Of a stretch of 64,000 nucleotides of DNA, positions 48,611 to 60,004 are shown piece after piece. Made by a program: the position numbers and the translations under genes. Numbering within the stretch: position 1 is the first letter of the stretch; every line of letters starts with the position of its first letter. The stretch is from Armatimonadota bacterium. Lineage in GTDB: Bacteria > Armatimonadota > UBA10988. The notes beneath the pieces are model-generated. The model was not told the origin of the DNA and did no database searches. It was given only the letters and a program-made list of their open reading frames with translations. Location of the stretch: the NCBI GenBank assembly GCA_016235455.1, contig JACRKZ010000018.1:32001-96000 (forward strand), read 5' to 3'.

Positions 48611-51096
48611 ACGAGATTACCGGTGAACAGCACCTGCGGCGGCTCGTCGGCGGTCCACGGCAGGCGATAGGCGATGCCCGGCCAGACGTCGAAGAAGTTG
48701 TCCGCCAGCGGGGTCTCGCCGTTCAAGTCCAGGCACACGCCCCACACGAAGGTGTCGCTCTCGAAGACCGCGAAGCCGTCCTCGACCTTGACAGTCAGAC
48801 CCGGCTGCGGCCAGCGGATGTCCTTGAAGTAGGGCATCAGCAGCCGGCTGCGGCTGACCAACTCACCGCCCACGCTGAGCTGGGCGAAGGCCATCGAGCC
48901 GTCCTGGTCGGGATCGCCAAACAGCCAGTCGGCCAACTGCACCGTGGCGATGCGCGTCGAGCAGAGCGGCTCCAGATCCACTGAGCGGGTGCGATCGACG
49001 ATGCGCCCGCCGTCCAGGCCCATGATGCCGAAGCGCAGATCGGCCTCAATGGGCTCGGCCGTCTCATTGACGCCGTAGACGTGCAGCGTGGACCCGTCGA
49101 TGGCCACCACCGTGGCGACGGGCGCCATGGCGCGTCGCACCGACCAGAAGGCCGGCGTGCGGCGCAAGTAGTAGTCCACCGTGGTCCACGAGCGCACCGC
49201 TGGCCAGACGTCGTTGTACATCCAGAAGATGGCGCTGGAAGTGTGCGGCATGCGGCGGTGGAAGTTCTCGATGTACTCGCGCAGGCCTTCGCCCTGCACC
49301 AGCCCGGCCCAGTAGCAGTACTCCTCCAAGCTGAGCGCGGTCGGGTCTTTGCCCACCCACTGCTTGATCATCTCGTCGGGATAGCTGTTGGGTCCCCAGT
49401 AGGCCACCGAGTTGTCATGCTGCTCCCAGGCGAACGAGCCATGCCGCTCGGCGCCCGCGGGCAGGCAGGCGCGCAGCGTCGGCAGCGCCGTCGGCCCCAG
49501 AATGCCGCCCTCGTTGGGGAAGCGGCAGGCCATCTCGCGGTACTTGCGGAAGTCGGTGTCCGCGAAGCCGACGCTCCACGGGTGTTGGTCACCCACCAGA
49601 TCGGCGTTGGGGTCCTGCAGATCGGGCGAATAGGGCGAACTCGGCTGATAGTAGCGGGTGCCATCCTCGTCGGCCAGCAACCGCGGGAGGACCAGGTGGA
49701 ACAGCGCATAGTCGGGGTAGCTGACGCCCTGCTCGTAGCCCCAGCCCCAGTTGCCCCACTCCATCTCGTTGTTGCCGCACCACACCACCAGGCTCGGGTG
49801 CCGGGCCAGCCGGCGGATCTGGTAGACCGCCTCGCGCTTGATGTCAGCCAGGAAGGCCTCATCGTTGGCCGGGTACTTGCCGCAAGCGAAGATGAACTCC
49901 TGCCAGACAAGGATGCCGCGCTCGTCGCAGATATCGTAGAAGTCGTCGTGCTCATAGAGCCCGCCGCCCCAGATGCGCAGGAAGTTAAAGTTGGACTCGA
50001 TGGCGCGGTCGACCAGGGTGGCGTAACGTTCGCGGTCGAGGCGCGCGGGAATCAGGTCGGCCGGCACGAAGTTGCCGCCCTTGGCGAAGATGCGCCGACC
50101 ATTGACCTCGAGGGTGAAGAACCGGCCGCCTTCGGGATCCTCGTCCTGATTGACGACCACGCGCCGAAAGCCGACCAGGCGCTCGTCGCTGGCCACTAAC
50201 TCGTCGTCCACGTAGACCGAGGTCCGCACGGCGTAGCGCCGCTGCTCGCCCTGGCCGATCGGCCACCACAGCTCGGGCTCGAACACGTCGAGCCGCGCCT
50301 GTAGGCGAGCCTGGCCGCCCTGCAGCCTGGTCTCGCGGCTGGCCGAGACATTCAGCTCGGGCATCTCCACCTCGACGCGCACCTGATGGTCCGTGCCCGC
50401 GGGCGCGTCGACGGCCACGCGGCCGGTGACCCAGGCCTCGCTCAGGTCGGGCGTCAGGTCGGTCAGCACCGCAAACTGATCGACTCGCACCGGGCCCCAG
50501 ATCTCCAGCGACACGTCGCCATGGATCCCCACATTGAGCAGGCGCGGTGACCAGTCCCAAGCGGCTTCGCTCTGGGTCTTGCGCAGCCAGTGCCGCTTGT
50601 GCAGCCGCACGGCCCGGCCGATGCCGTAGCCGTCCGACGGCTTGTCGCCCACATGCTGCAGGCCCGACTCAATCTCGACCACCAGCACGTTGACGCCCTC
50701 GACCAACACGCTGGTAACATCGCACACACACGGATAGAAGGCGTTGGCGTGGCGCCCGACCTCGCGCCCGTTGAGGTAGATGACCGCCGCCAGATCGAGC
50801 CCGCCGAAGCGCAGCACGGCCCGCTGCCCAGCGGCCAGAGCGGGCGCCTCGAACGCGCGGCGATAGTGCCAGCGCGTCTCCTCCACCCACCGCGCGCCGA
50901 GCACGTTCAGGCCCTCATTGGGCTCGGCCAGCAAGCCGGCGTTCATCAGGTCCAGATGCACCTCGCCCGGCACCATGGCCGGCAAGGCGCAACGAAGGTC
51001 GGCGTCGGCGGCAAACATGCGGCTGACCGGACCACCGCGCTCTCCGTCATCGAAGCGAAGATGCCATGCACCGTTAAGGTCGATAGAGGAAATCAT
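48607..51096 (-). CDS. GH2 beta-mannosidase
   Basis: LRKTQ..WDW, KGGNFVP, LRIWGGG, WCGNNE, WMYND. Confidence 0.9.
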   Translation of the reverse strand: MISSIDLNGAWHLRFDDGERGGPVSRMFAADADLRCALPAMVPGEVHLDLMNAGLLAEPNEGLNVLGARWVEETRWHYRRAFEAPALAAGQRAVLRFGGLDLAAVIYLNGREVGRHANAFYPCVCDVTSVLVEGVNVLVVEIESGLQHVGDKPSDGYGIGRAVRLHKRHWLRKTQSEAAWDWSPRLLNVGIHGDVSLEIWGPVRVDQFAVLTDLTPDLSEAWVTGRVAVDAPAGTDHQVRVEVEMPELNVSASRETRLQGGQARLQARLDVFEPELWWPIGQGEQRRYAVRTSVYVDDELVASDERLVGFRRVVVNQDEDPEGGRFFTLEVNGRRIFAKGGNFVPADLIPARLDRERYATLVDRAIESNFNFLRIWGGGLYEHDDFYDICDERGILVWQEFIFACGKYPANDEAFLADIKREAVYQIRRLARHPSLVVWCGNNEMEWGNWGWGYEQGVSYPDYALFHLVLPRLLADEDGTRYYQPSSPYSPDLQDPNADLVGDQHPWSVGFADTDFRKYREMACRFPNEGGILGPTALPTLRACLPAGAERHGSFAWEQHDNSVAYWGPNSYPDEMIKQWVGKDPTALSLEEYCYWAGLVQGEGLREYIENFHRRMPHTSSAIFWMYNDVWPAVRSWTTVDYYLRRTPAFWSVRRAMAPVATVVAIDGSTLHVYGVNETAEPIEADLRFGIMGLDGGRIVDRTRSVDLEPLCSTRIATVQLADWLFGDPDQDGSMAFAQLSVGGELVSRSRLLMPYFKDIRWPQPGLTVKVEDGFAVFESDTFVWGVCLDLNGETPLADNFFDVWPGIAYRLPWTADEPPQVLFTGNLV

Positions 51097-51422
51097 CCAC
51101 TGATCTCGATTCGTGGGTCAGTTCACTTGGCCAGCATAGCATCGGCGGGCGCTCTGTGAATGGGCCGTTTGGTCGTCCTGTGACACCTGCGTCACATGGC
51201 CGACCGCGCCTGCTTCGGCTGTGGTCCGGCCTCGACCCATTGGGCGCGTGGCACGCTCGTTCGCCACAGGCCCGGCGGGTGGCCGGCACAACGCCGTGAC
51301 ATATGACACAGATCCGCGAGAAGGGCAAGGAGTGACTCCAGGCCCGAGCCGAGTCGAAGCAACCGCGGCGGCCGAGGCGCCCCACGGGCGACATGGTACG
51401 CTCGCGGTTGGAGGCACACCCC

Positions 51423-52616
51423 ATGCCGCATCATCCTGACCGCCGAGACTTCGTCGCGGGCATCGCCGCTGTCCCCCTGGCGGCGCGGGCGCAGACGGTG
51501 GACGCGCCACGCCGGGCGGTCATCATCGGCCACACCGGTCGCGGCGACTGGGGCCACGGCCTGGACCGCATCTTTGAGGGCCGCGCTGGGCTGCGGCTCT
51601 GTGCGGTGGCCGACGCCGACCCGGCCGGCCGCGAGCGCGCTCGCCAGCGCACCGGGGCCGAACGCGCCTATGCCGACTACCGCGAGATGCTGCGCGCCGA
51701 ACGGCCCGACCTGGTGTGCGTGGCGCCGCGCTGCGCCGACCAGCACGCCGCGATGTTGCTGGCCGCGCTGGAGGCCGGTGCTCATGTGTTCTGCGAGAAG
51801 CCCCTGGTGCGTTCGCCCGACGAGGCCGATGCCGTCCTGGCCGCCGCCCGAGCGCGGCAGCGGCGCATCGCGGTCGCCCACCAGATGCGCGTGCACCCAG
51901 CGGTAACGGCCCTGCACGCCGCGTTCGCGCGCGGCGAGTTCGGCGAGCTCGTGACCCTCACGGGCTGGGGCAAGCAGGACCAACGGGCCGGCGGCGAGGA
52001 CCTGATGGTGCTGGGCGTGCATGTCTTCGACCTGATGCGACTGTTCGCCGGCGACCCGCTGTGGTGCACGGCCAGCGTGCTGGCTGGCGGCCGGGCCATC
52101 ACACAGCGTGATGCGCGGCTCACCAAGGACGACGTCGGCCTGGTCGCGGGTGATGAGGTCGAGGCGCAGTTCGCCTTCGCCGGCGGCGTGTGGGGCACGT
52201 TCACCAGCCGGGCCAGGCTGCGTGACCAGTCCGGCTGGTGGGGCCTCGAGCTGGTCGGTAGCCGGGGACGCGCGCGCATCCTGGCCGACATCCCACCGCG
52301 CGTGCGCGTGCTGTCCACCACCGGCTGGCAGGCGACACCGCGCGTGGACCAGTGGCAGCTGCCACCGGGCACCACCGACGAGCCGGCCGACGCTGGTGCC
52401 TTCGCACGGGCCAATGCGCGCGTGGTCGATGATTGGCTGGCCGCCATCGACCAGAACCGCGAGCCGGCCTGCTCCGGCGCGGCCGGCGCCCGAGCCGTGG
52501 AAATGGTCGCCGCCGTCTATCGCGCCGCGCTCACCGAACGTCGCGTCGCGCTCCCGCCGGCCGAACGCGGCCATCCGTTACGCCCAGATGAACCAAACGC
52601 TCAACTTGGCCGATGA
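51423..52616 (+). CDS. Gfo/Idh/MocA oxidoreductase with Tat-like leader
   Basis: DRRDFV, HTGRGDWGHG, CEKP. Confidence 0.88.
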   Translation: MPHHPDRRDFVAGIAAVPLAARAQTVDAPRRAVIIGHTGRGDWGHGLDRIFEGRAGLRLCAVADADPAGRERARQRTGAERAYADYREMLRAERPDLVCVAPRCADQHAAMLLAALEAGAHVFCEKPLVRSPDEADAVLAAARARQRRIAVAHQMRVHPAVTALHAAFARGEFGELVTLTGWGKQDQRAGGEDLMVLGVHVFDLMRLFAGDPLWCTASVLAGGRAITQRDARLTKDDVGLVAGDEVEAQFAFAGGVWGTFTSRARLRDQSGWWGLELVGSRGRARILADIPPRVRVLSTTGWQATPRVDQWQLPPGTTDEPADAGAFARANARVVDDWLAAIDQNREPACSGAAGARAVEMVAAVYRAALTERRVALPPAERGHPLRPDEPNAQLGR

Positions 52617-52695
52617 CACGTTTGCTGAGCGCGCTGATACTGGCTGACAGGTCACATGGTCACCAGTTCCAGACGCCAGAGCGAGAACAGACGGC

Positions 52696-55600
52696 ATGAC
52701 TCGGTCGCAGCGTAGGTGGGGCATCTGGGCAGTCTTCGGCTCGGCGATCTTCCTGAACATGGTCGCGGCGGCGCACCTGCATTGGTCGCCCGGCGGCGTC
52801 AATCTGTCGTGGCCCGCCGCAGCGCTGAGCGCGGCTATGATGCTTCTTCTGGGTCACCGGCTGTGGGCCTCGGCGCGGATCGAACGCCAGGACGCTGAAC
52901 TGCGCTGGTTCTACGAGAACCAGTTGGTCGGACAGGGCGGCACGGTGGGTGAGGACTACCTGTGGGCCCTGACCCAGCACACCGCCTCCTGCTTCGGCGC
53001 CGACTATGTCGTGGTTAGCGAGCTGCAGCCGGACGGCCGAACGCTGCGCACGGCGGCGGCCTGGGCCAAGGGAGGAGCGGCGCCAGCCGCGACCTATACG
53101 CTGGCCAACACGCCCTGCGAGCAGGTGCTCGCCAATGGCCTATGCGTCTACCCCACCGGTGTGCGGGAGACCTTCGCGGCCGCGCCGTTGCTGGCAGAGC
53201 TCGGCGTTGACTCCTTCATCGGCGTGCCGATCCTGGGCGATAGCAGCCAGCCGTTGGGCGTGCTCACCATCATGCACACGGCGCCGCTGCCGCCGCTCAC
53301 CGGCCACATGGTCGCCCTGCTCGGCATATTCGCCTCGCGCGTGGCCGCGGAGATGCAGCAACTGCGCGCCGAGCGCGCGCTGCGGGCCAGCCAGCAGCTG
53401 TACCACGACCTGGTGGAGCAAGCCAGCGCCATCATCGTCCGCTGGGTGCCGGACGGCCGGTTGACGTTCGCCAACAACTTCGCCCTGCGCTTCTTCGGCT
53501 ACGAGGCAGAGGAACTGCTCGGGCAGCCGCTGATCGGCACGATCATCCCGCCCGTCGATGAGGCCGGCACTGACCTGGAGCGCATGCTCGACGCCATCGC
53601 CGTCGACCCCGAGCGCTACGCCACCAACCAGAACGAGAACATGCGCCGCGACGGCACGCGTGTCTGGGTCGCCTGGAGCAACGTGGCGGTCTACGACGAG
53701 GACGGCGACATCATCGAGTTCGTCTCGGTCGGCTTCGACATGACCGCGCTGCGACAGGCCGAAGCCGAGGTGCGCGCCAACGCCGAGCGCGTGCGGGCCA
53801 CGCTGGACATGTCGCCGTTCGGCGCGATCGTGTTCGAACTCGATGGCGACGACAACCTGCGCGTGGTTGGCTACAGCCGCGCGGCGTCGCAGATCCTGGG
53901 TGCCGACCTGTCAGCGATGCGCGGTCTGACCCTGGAGGAGGCCTTCCCGCCACTGGCGGCCACCGACATTCCGGCGATCGGGCGGCGCCTGGCCAGCGAA
54001 GGTGGCACCTGGGTCGACCCGCAAGTGCCCTACGCGCACGGCAACGTGGCCGGCAGCTACCAGTGCTACGCCTATCAGACCGAGCCGCGGCACGTGGCGG
54101 TCATGTTCCACGAGACCTCCGAGCGCGACCTGATCCAGGCCAAGCTGTACCGCCGCAACCGTGAGGTCAACCTGCTCAACCGGATCATCTCCACCTCGAG
54201 CGCGGAGATGGACCCGTCGGCCGTGCTGCGCCTGGCCTGTGAGGAACTCGCCGACGTCCTCGACATGCCTTACGCGGCGGCCGCCATTGTCGATGAGCGC
54301 GAGCTGAACCTGCAGTTCCTCGCCGACTGCCGACCCGCGGGCGAGCCCTCGCTCGTCCGCCGCCTCCTGCCGCTGGCGGACATACCGACCCTGGCTGCGG
54401 CATGGTCGCGCGGCGAGCCCCTGTGCGCCTGGAACGCTGGGCAGATGGCGGCCACCATGGACCCGGCCGTGCTGGCGCTGCGTAGCGCCGAATGCTGTGT
54501 CGCGCTGCCGCTCATGGTCGAAGGCGAGGCCGTGGGCTGCCTGTTCCTCCTCGACATCGCGCCGCGCGAGCTGCCCGACGACGACATGGCGTTGGCCTGG
54601 GGCGTCGCTCAGCAACTCGCCTCGGCGCTGGCGCGCAGCCGACTGACCGCCTCGCGCCGCCACCTCGCCGTGGCCATCGAGCAGACCCCCGACAGCATCG
54701 TGGTCACCGACCCGCAGGGCTACATCCAGTACGTGAATCCGTCCTTCGAGACCATCACGGGCTACGGCGCGGCCGAGGTCATCGGCCGCTCCACGCGCAT
54801 CCTCAAGAGCGGGCTGCACGATGAGTCACACTACCAGCATCTGTGGCAGACCATCACCGCCGGACGGGTGTGGGAAGGCCGACTGATCAACCGCAAGCGC
54901 GACGGCAACACCTTCACCGAGAGCGCGGTGATCGCCCCGGTGCGGGACGAGACCGGAGCCATCATCAACTACATCGCGGTCAAGCGCGACATGACCGACG
55001 AACTCGAGCGCGAGGAGCACTACCGCCAGGCGCAGAAGATGGAGAGCATCGGCCGGCTGGCGGGGGGCATTGCGCACGACTTCAACAACATCCTCACGGC
55101 GATGATCGGCCATGCGGAATCGGCGGACGAGATGCTCGGCGCACGGCACCCAGCCCGCGAGGAGATCGCCGGCGTGCTCGCCGCCAGCCAGCGTGCGGCC
55201 AGTCTCACGCGCCAGCTGCTGGCCTTCGCGCGCCGACAGGTGGTGCAGCCCGTGGTCTTCGATCTGGGCGGCATGGCCAGCGGCCTGTCCAACATGCTGC
55301 GCCGGCTCATTGGCGAGGACATCGACCTGCGTGTGGCCGCATCCCCGGATGAGCTGCCCGTGCTGGCCGATGCCGGGCAGATGGAGCAGGTGCTGGTGAA
55401 CCTGACGGTGAACGCGCGCGATGCCATGCCCAACGGCGGCAGCCTGGTGGTGCGCGCCAGCCGTGATGGCGACAGCGCCCGGCTCAGCGTGACCGATACC
55501 GGAACCGGCATCCCCGCGCACGTCCTGCCACGCATCTTCGACCCGTTCTTCACCACCAAGCCCGAGGGCCAAGGCACCGGCCTGGGCCTGGCCACCTGCT

Positions 55601-56103
55601 ACGGTATCGTGCAGCAGGCCGGCGGCGAGATCACCTGCGACAGCGAGATCGGCCGCGGCACCACCTTCACCATCCGGCTGCCACTGGCCAACGGCGCCAC
55701 GGCCGAAGCCCAAGGCGATGATGTCGAGCCCAGTCGCGGGACGGAGACCGTGCTGATGGTGGAGGACGAGCAATCGGTCCGCACCATCGCCAGCCGGCTC
55801 CTGCAGGGTCTCGGCTACACGGTCATCGAGGCCGCTTCCGGCATGGAGGCGCTCGATCTGGCGAGCCGCTACGAGGGGCCCATCCATCTGCTCATCTCCG
55901 ACATGGTCATGCCCGAGATGAACGGCCTGGCCCTGGCCAACGCGCTGGCCGAGAAGCGGCCCGACACCAAGCTGCTGCTGATCACCGGCTACATCGGCGA
56001 CCAGGCCTTCCAGGACGCCGAGGCCTTCGCCGCGCGGCCGCACTTGCATAAGCCGTTCACGCGCGGCGAACTGGCGGAGAAGATCCGCGACGTGCTGGAC
56101 TGA
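52696..56103 (+). CDS. Hybrid sensor histidine kinase (TM-GAF-PAS-PAS-GAF-PAS-HisKA-HATPase-REC)
   Basis: [46 protein letters not shown]. Confidence 0.95.
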   Translation: MTRSQRRWGIWAVFGSAIFLNMVAAAHLHWSPGGVNLSWPAAALSAAMMLLLGHRLWASARIERQDAELRWFYENQLVGQGGTVGEDYLWALTQHTASCFGADYVVVSELQPDGRTLRTAAAWAKGGAAPAATYTLANTPCEQVLANGLCVYPTGVRETFAAAPLLAELGVDSFIGVPILGDSSQPLGVLTIMHTAPLPPLTGHMVALLGIFASRVAAEMQQLRAERALRASQQLYHDLVEQASAIIVRWVPDGRLTFANNFALRFFGYEAEELLGQPLIGTIIPPVDEAGTDLERMLDAIAVDPERYATNQNENMRRDGTRVWVAWSNVAVYDEDGDIIEFVSVGFDMTALRQAEAEVRANAERVRATLDMSPFGAIVFELDGDDNLRVVGYSRAASQILGADLSAMRGLTLEEAFPPLAATDIPAIGRRLASEGGTWVDPQVPYAHGNVAGSYQCYAYQTEPRHVAVMFHETSERDLIQAKLYRRNREVNLLNRIISTSSAEMDPSAVLRLACEELADVLDMPYAAAAIVDERELNLQFLADCRPAGEPSLVRRLLPLADIPTLAAAWSRGEPLCAWNAGQMAATMDPAVLALRSAECCVALPLMVEGEAVGCLFLLDIAPRELPDDDMALAWGVAQQLASALARSRLTASRRHLAVAIEQTPDSIVVTDPQGYIQYVNPSFETITGYGAAEVIGRSTRILKSGLHDESHYQHLWQTITAGRVWEGRLINRKRDGNTFTESAVIAPVRDETGAIINYIAVKRDMTDELEREEHYRQAQKMESIGRLAGGIAHDFNNILTAMIGHAESADEMLGARHPAREEIAGVLAASQRAASLTRQLLAFARRQVVQPVVFDLGGMASGLSNMLRRLIGEDIDLRVAASPDELPVLADAGQMEQVLVNLTVNARDAMPNGGSLVVRASRDGDSARLSVTDTGTGIPAHVLPRIFDPFFTTKPEGQGTGLGLATCYGIVQQAGGEITCDSEIGRGTTFTIRLPLANGATAEAQGDDVEPSRGTETVLMVEDEQSVRTIASRLLQGLGYTVIEAASGMEALDLASRYEGPIHLLISDMVMPEMNGLALANALAEKRPDTKLLLITGYIGDQAFQDAEAFAARPHLHKPFTRGELAEKIRDVLD

Positions 56104-56140
56104 GACCAGGCACGCCGGCGGCCGGGCGCGGTCAACCGGC

Positions 56141-56178
56141 TCAAGGGACCCCCACGCCGCTGCGCAAGGGCCCCTTGA
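56141..56178. terminator. Imperfect hairpin between convergent genes
   Basis: TCAAGGGACCC...GGGCCCCTTGA. Confidence 0.45.
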
Positions 56179-56213
56179 ACGTGGCCGCCGCCGGCCAGCC
56201 GCGGTCTCGGCGG

Positions 56214-57827
56214 CTACAGACCTGCGTTCAGCAGGCGCGCGGCAGCGTCCTTCTGCGGCTTGGTCGGCTGCTCGCCCACGCCAAGGCGGTCGTAGACGAA
56301 CGCCACGTCCGGCCTGGGCTGACCATTGGCTACCGTGGCGACCGACCGCTTCGTCAGGCTGCGCACGGCGATGAGCCCGGCACGGTATTCGGCGGCCGGC
56401 GCCGCCAACGCCTGCACCTCCGGTGCGCCCAGGTTGACTTCGACGCCGGACAGGCAGGGCACAAAACTGGGCGTGCCCTCCCCGACCGCCGAAATCTGGG
56501 CATCGACCGCGCCCATCGCGCTCACCGTCGAGATGTCGAACCCGTTGATGGCCGCGGGGAACAAGCCGGCCAGCGTGCTCACAGCGCCCAGGTCGACCCC
56601 TAGGATCTGGATCTCCATCGATGTGCGCGCGTTCTCGACTGTCGCCTTAGCCGCGATCACCAGCGCGTCGACCGAGTTCTCCGAGGAGACGAAGCGGATG
56701 AACGTCTGGAATCCTCGCGCGTAGCGCTCATTCAAGATCAGGCTGTTGGCCTGGCCGGGGCAGCCGTATTCCTGGAGAAAGCCGTAACGGCAGTAGCGCG
56801 CGCTGGACTTGGAGGAGACATCCACCAGCCCCGCCGCGCCGGCCGCCAAAGCCAGGCTGGCGCTCACCTCGCTGAAGTAGGTCCTGTGGTTCGGCGGACC
56901 CACCAGCACCGCGGGCCAGGCGCCGATGCGGATGCGGTCTGGGTTGGCGGTCAGGCGCTCCAGGGCAGGAACGACTCCGTTCTCCCGCACATAGGGCGGC
57001 ACATCGACCATCCACGGCACCAGCTGATCCCGAGCATCGGGCATTGGCTTGGTGCCACCCAGGATCTCCGTGGCGCGCTGCTTCTGTAGGGTGGTAGGCT
57101 TACGGTCCGGGCGGACGCCCAACCGGTGGTAGATGGCTGCCACGGACAGCGCGTCGACCGTCAACGGGCAACGGCGCACGGCATCCCACGGCAACCCCGG
57201 CGAGGCCGTGGCCTCCTCGGCGCTCCAGCCCTTTGCCAGGCTGTTGAGCGCCCAGCAAGCGGTCTCTAGCGGGTCGTACTCCGTGGGCGACAGCTCGAAC
57301 ACGGCTCCGGGCTGAGCGGCCGGCGTCGCGTTGGCGGCATTCTCGACGCACCATTTGGTGGCCGTGCTGAACGCTTCGGCGAACGGCCGCACGCTGCTGG
57401 CGTTGAGCTGCGAGTTCCCCGCGGCCTGCACCGCCAAGGTGGCGTCGTTGGGCAGGCCGCGAGCGTCGGTCAGCACCTGGTTGCCCTTGCCCGCTACCTG
57501 CGCACTGGCCACAGCCGCACCGATGCTGCCATGGCCGTCCTGCGTGGCAATGCCGGCGATCAGCCACCGCCCACACGCATAGTCCTGCTGCGTGACGTCG
57601 GTGAAGATCACCGGATGCGTCGATGAGATCTCCAAGGTGTAGCGCGCCACGGCAGCGCTGACCTTGCCGATGTAGACCGCGTAGGCGGCGCTGACCGAGG
57701 ACTCGATGTCCATCGACATCACCGCCACCCTGGTGTACGGGTAGTACCACCTGCCGTTCACCTTCGCGGGAACTACCGGAGGGATGTTTCCGGGAGTGAG
57801 TGGGCACTGCTGCATCATCTTCTCCAT
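56214..57827 (-). CDS. Orphan hypothetical protein with two tandem homologous halves
   Basis: 537-aa ORF filling the gap; IYHRLGV..KPTTLQKQRATEIL is echoed by VYDRLGV..QPTKPQKDAAARLL. Confidence 0.72.
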   Translation of the reverse strand: MEKMMQQCPLTPGNIPPVVPAKVNGRWYYPYTRVAVMSMDIESSVSAAYAVYIGKVSAAVARYTLEISSTHPVIFTDVTQQDYACGRWLIAGIATQDGHGSIGAAVASAQVAGKGNQVLTDARGLPNDATLAVQAAGNSQLNASSVRPFAEAFSTATKWCVENAANATPAAQPGAVFELSPTEYDPLETACWALNSLAKGWSAEEATASPGLPWDAVRRCPLTVDALSVAAIYHRLGVRPDRKPTTLQKQRATEILGGTKPMPDARDQLVPWMVDVPPYVRENGVVPALERLTANPDRIRIGAWPAVLVGPPNHRTYFSEVSASLALAAGAAGLVDVSSKSSARYCRYGFLQEYGCPGQANSLILNERYARGFQTFIRFVSSENSVDALVIAAKATVENARTSMEIQILGVDLGAVSTLAGLFPAAINGFDISTVSAMGAVDAQISAVGEGTPSFVPCLSGVEVNLGAPEVQALAAPAAEYRAGLIAVRSLTKRSVATVANGQPRPDVAFVYDRLGVGEQPTKPQKDAAARLLNAGL

Positions 57828-57974
57828 TCGAGTCGTGAATAACGTCAGGCACCCTATCTTCAGGATACGCCGTTACTCTTGAGACTCCTCCTTGGCAGCG
57901 CAGGATTCTCCGCGAACCGTGAGCCGGGCAGGACCCGCCGACCGGCCGCCGAACCGTCGCGGCGGAGCACTGAT

Positions 57975-58934
57975 ATGCTGCGTATCTCCCTCGTCTCCGC
58001 CGCGACGTACGGACAACACGAGCGCACCATCGGCTCGTTCCACGGCACCGCCTTCTCGACCGCCTTCAATGGCTGGGACGAAGCGGCCGCGCAGTCGTTT
58101 GGCGGCACCTTCGTGCGCGCTGGCCGACGACTGGAGGGCGCGCGCGTGGTAAAGGTCTGGGATCCTGACCGCGACGCCGCCGAACGGCTGGCCCGCTCCT
58201 GCCACATCGACCAGGTGGTCGACTCACCCGAAGCCGCCGCGGAGGGTGTCGACGCGCTCATCGTCGTCGACGACGGCTCGCGCGAGCAGTGGAGGCTGGC
58301 CCTGCCGGCCTTGGCCAAGGGTCTGCCGGTGTTCATCGACAAGCCGCTGGCCGTACGCGCCGCCGAGGCGCGGGCGGTGCTCGACTTCGCCGCCGCGCAC
58401 CAGGCGCCGGTCATGTCGGCCTCGTCGCTGCGCTACGTGCCCGACATCCAGGCGCTGCGGGCCGAGGCCGGCGCACTGGGCAACGTCTCGATGGCCACCA
58501 CCATCTGCGGCAACGAATTGGTCTACTACGGAATCCACGCGCTGGAGATGGCCTACGAGGTGCTGGGCGACGCCATGCGCGGGCAGGCGCGGTCGGTGCT
58601 CAATGTCGGCCAGGACGGTCGGAACATCTGCCGTGTGCGCTATGCCAGCGGGCTGGACCTGGTGCTGATGGTGGCCGAAGGCGAGTACATGCAGGCCAGC
58701 TACCAGCTGAGCGTGTTCGGCCGGTCGGGCTGGCGGACGGTGCAACCCGACCTGACCGACCTGTATTACTTCCTGCTCGAACGCTTCCTGGACCTCGTGC
58801 GCGGCGGCCAGCCGCCCGTGTCGATCGACGAGATGCACGAGGTCATCGCCGTGCTCGAAGCCGGCAAGCGATCCCTGGCCATCGGCGCCGAGGTCGACGT
58901 GCGCGCTGTGTTGGCCGAGCGTCAGGCGCTGTGA
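57975..58934 (+). CDS. Gfo/Idh/MocA family oxidoreductase
   Basis: PVFIDKPLA, SASSLRY, YYGIHALE. Confidence 0.85.
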   Translation: MLRISLVSAATYGQHERTIGSFHGTAFSTAFNGWDEAAAQSFGGTFVRAGRRLEGARVVKVWDPDRDAAERLARSCHIDQVVDSPEAAAEGVDALIVVDDGSREQWRLALPALAKGLPVFIDKPLAVRAAEARAVLDFAAAHQAPVMSASSLRYVPDIQALRAEAGALGNVSMATTICGNELVYYGIHALEMAYEVLGDAMRGQARSVLNVGQDGRNICRVRYASGLDLVLMVAEGEYMQASYQLSVFGRSGWRTVQPDLTDLYYFLLERFLDLVRGGQPPVSIDEMHEVIAVLEAGKRSLAIGAEVDVRAVLAERQAL

Positions 58935-58936
58935 TC

Positions 58937-59983
58937 TCAGGCGCGGGCCGCGATCGTCACCGGACGGCCACCGTGGGCGCTGTCGTAGACGGCCTCGCCG
59001 ATGCGTAGCGCCTCGTAGCTGTCCCACAGGTCCGGCCCGCTGTGCTCGCGGCCCAGGCAGCGTAGCGCGAAGTGGCGGGTCTCGCCCAGGTAGCCATACT
59101 GCTCGCGACTGTTGTTCACGCCAGTCCAACTCGGGCGATAGTCGAGGCTGAATGGGCCAGTGCCGGGCACGGCGGTTGACCAGTCGGTCGCCGGCAGCCA
59201 GCGCACGGTGCGCATGTCCTCGACCTGCACACACTGGCCCGCGCCGTACACCTCCAGCCGCTCCTGGATGTCGCGGAAGCCCTGGGTGTTCTCGTAGCAG
59301 TTCAGGTTGATCTGGCCCACGGCGCCGCTGCGGTAGCGCAGGTGGATCAGGTAGGCGCAGCGGCCTTCGCCGGCCTCGTGGAAGATCGCGCTGACCTCGG
59401 CCACCTCGCCGCCGACCCAGCGGGCCAGATCGAAGATGTGCACGCACTGGCCGATCAGGAACGCCCGGTGGTAGCTGTCGATGCCCCACAGCTCGGGATA
59501 GGGCCCCTGGCCGAACTTGATGGACACCAGGTGCGTCGGCCCGAAATCCGGCCGCGCCTGGATCTCCTGGGTCACGCGGTAGACATGCGCGAAGCGTTTC
59601 ATGAACCCGCACTGGCCCCAGACACCGCGCGCCGCGGCCAGTTCGGCCAACTCGCGAGCCTGTGCGCTGGTCACGGCCGAGGGCTTCTCCGTGTAGACCG
59701 GCAGTCCGCGCTCGAGCACCATGGGCGCCAACTCGTACTGCTGCGGCGCCGGGCCGATAACGAAGACACCATCCAGTTCCTCGCGGTCGAGCATCTCCTC
59801 GGCGTTCTGGTAGCAGCGCCGGGCGCCAAAGTTCCGCCCGGCACGCTCGGCGCGTTCGCCGACCACATCGCATACAGCCGCCAGGTCGATCTCCGGGATC
59901 GACGGCACGCAGGGCATGATGGACGTAGAGGCAAAGCCGCCGCAGCCAATGAATGCCAGGCGTGCACGGTCACGTTCAGCCAT
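58937..59983 (-). CDS. Gfo/Idh/MocA family oxidoreductase
   Basis: FIGCGG, TEKP, GFMKRF, HIFDL. Confidence 0.9.
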   Translation of the reverse strand: MAERDRARLAFIGCGGFASTSIMPCVPSIPEIDLAAVCDVVGERAERAGRNFGARRCYQNAEEMLDREELDGVFVIGPAPQQYELAPMVLERGLPVYTEKPSAVTSAQARELAELAAARGVWGQCGFMKRFAHVYRVTQEIQARPDFGPTHLVSIKFGQGPYPELWGIDSYHRAFLIGQCVHIFDLARWVGGEVAEVSAIFHEAGEGRCAYLIHLRYRSGAVGQINLNCYENTQGFRDIQERLEVYGAGQCVQVEDMRTVRWLPATDWSTAVPGTGPFSLDYRPSWTGVNNSREQYGYLGETRHFALRCLGREHSGPDLWDSYEALRIGEAVYDSAHGGRPVTIAARA

Positions 59984-60004
59984 CGGAGCTCTCCTTGGCC
60001 TGTC

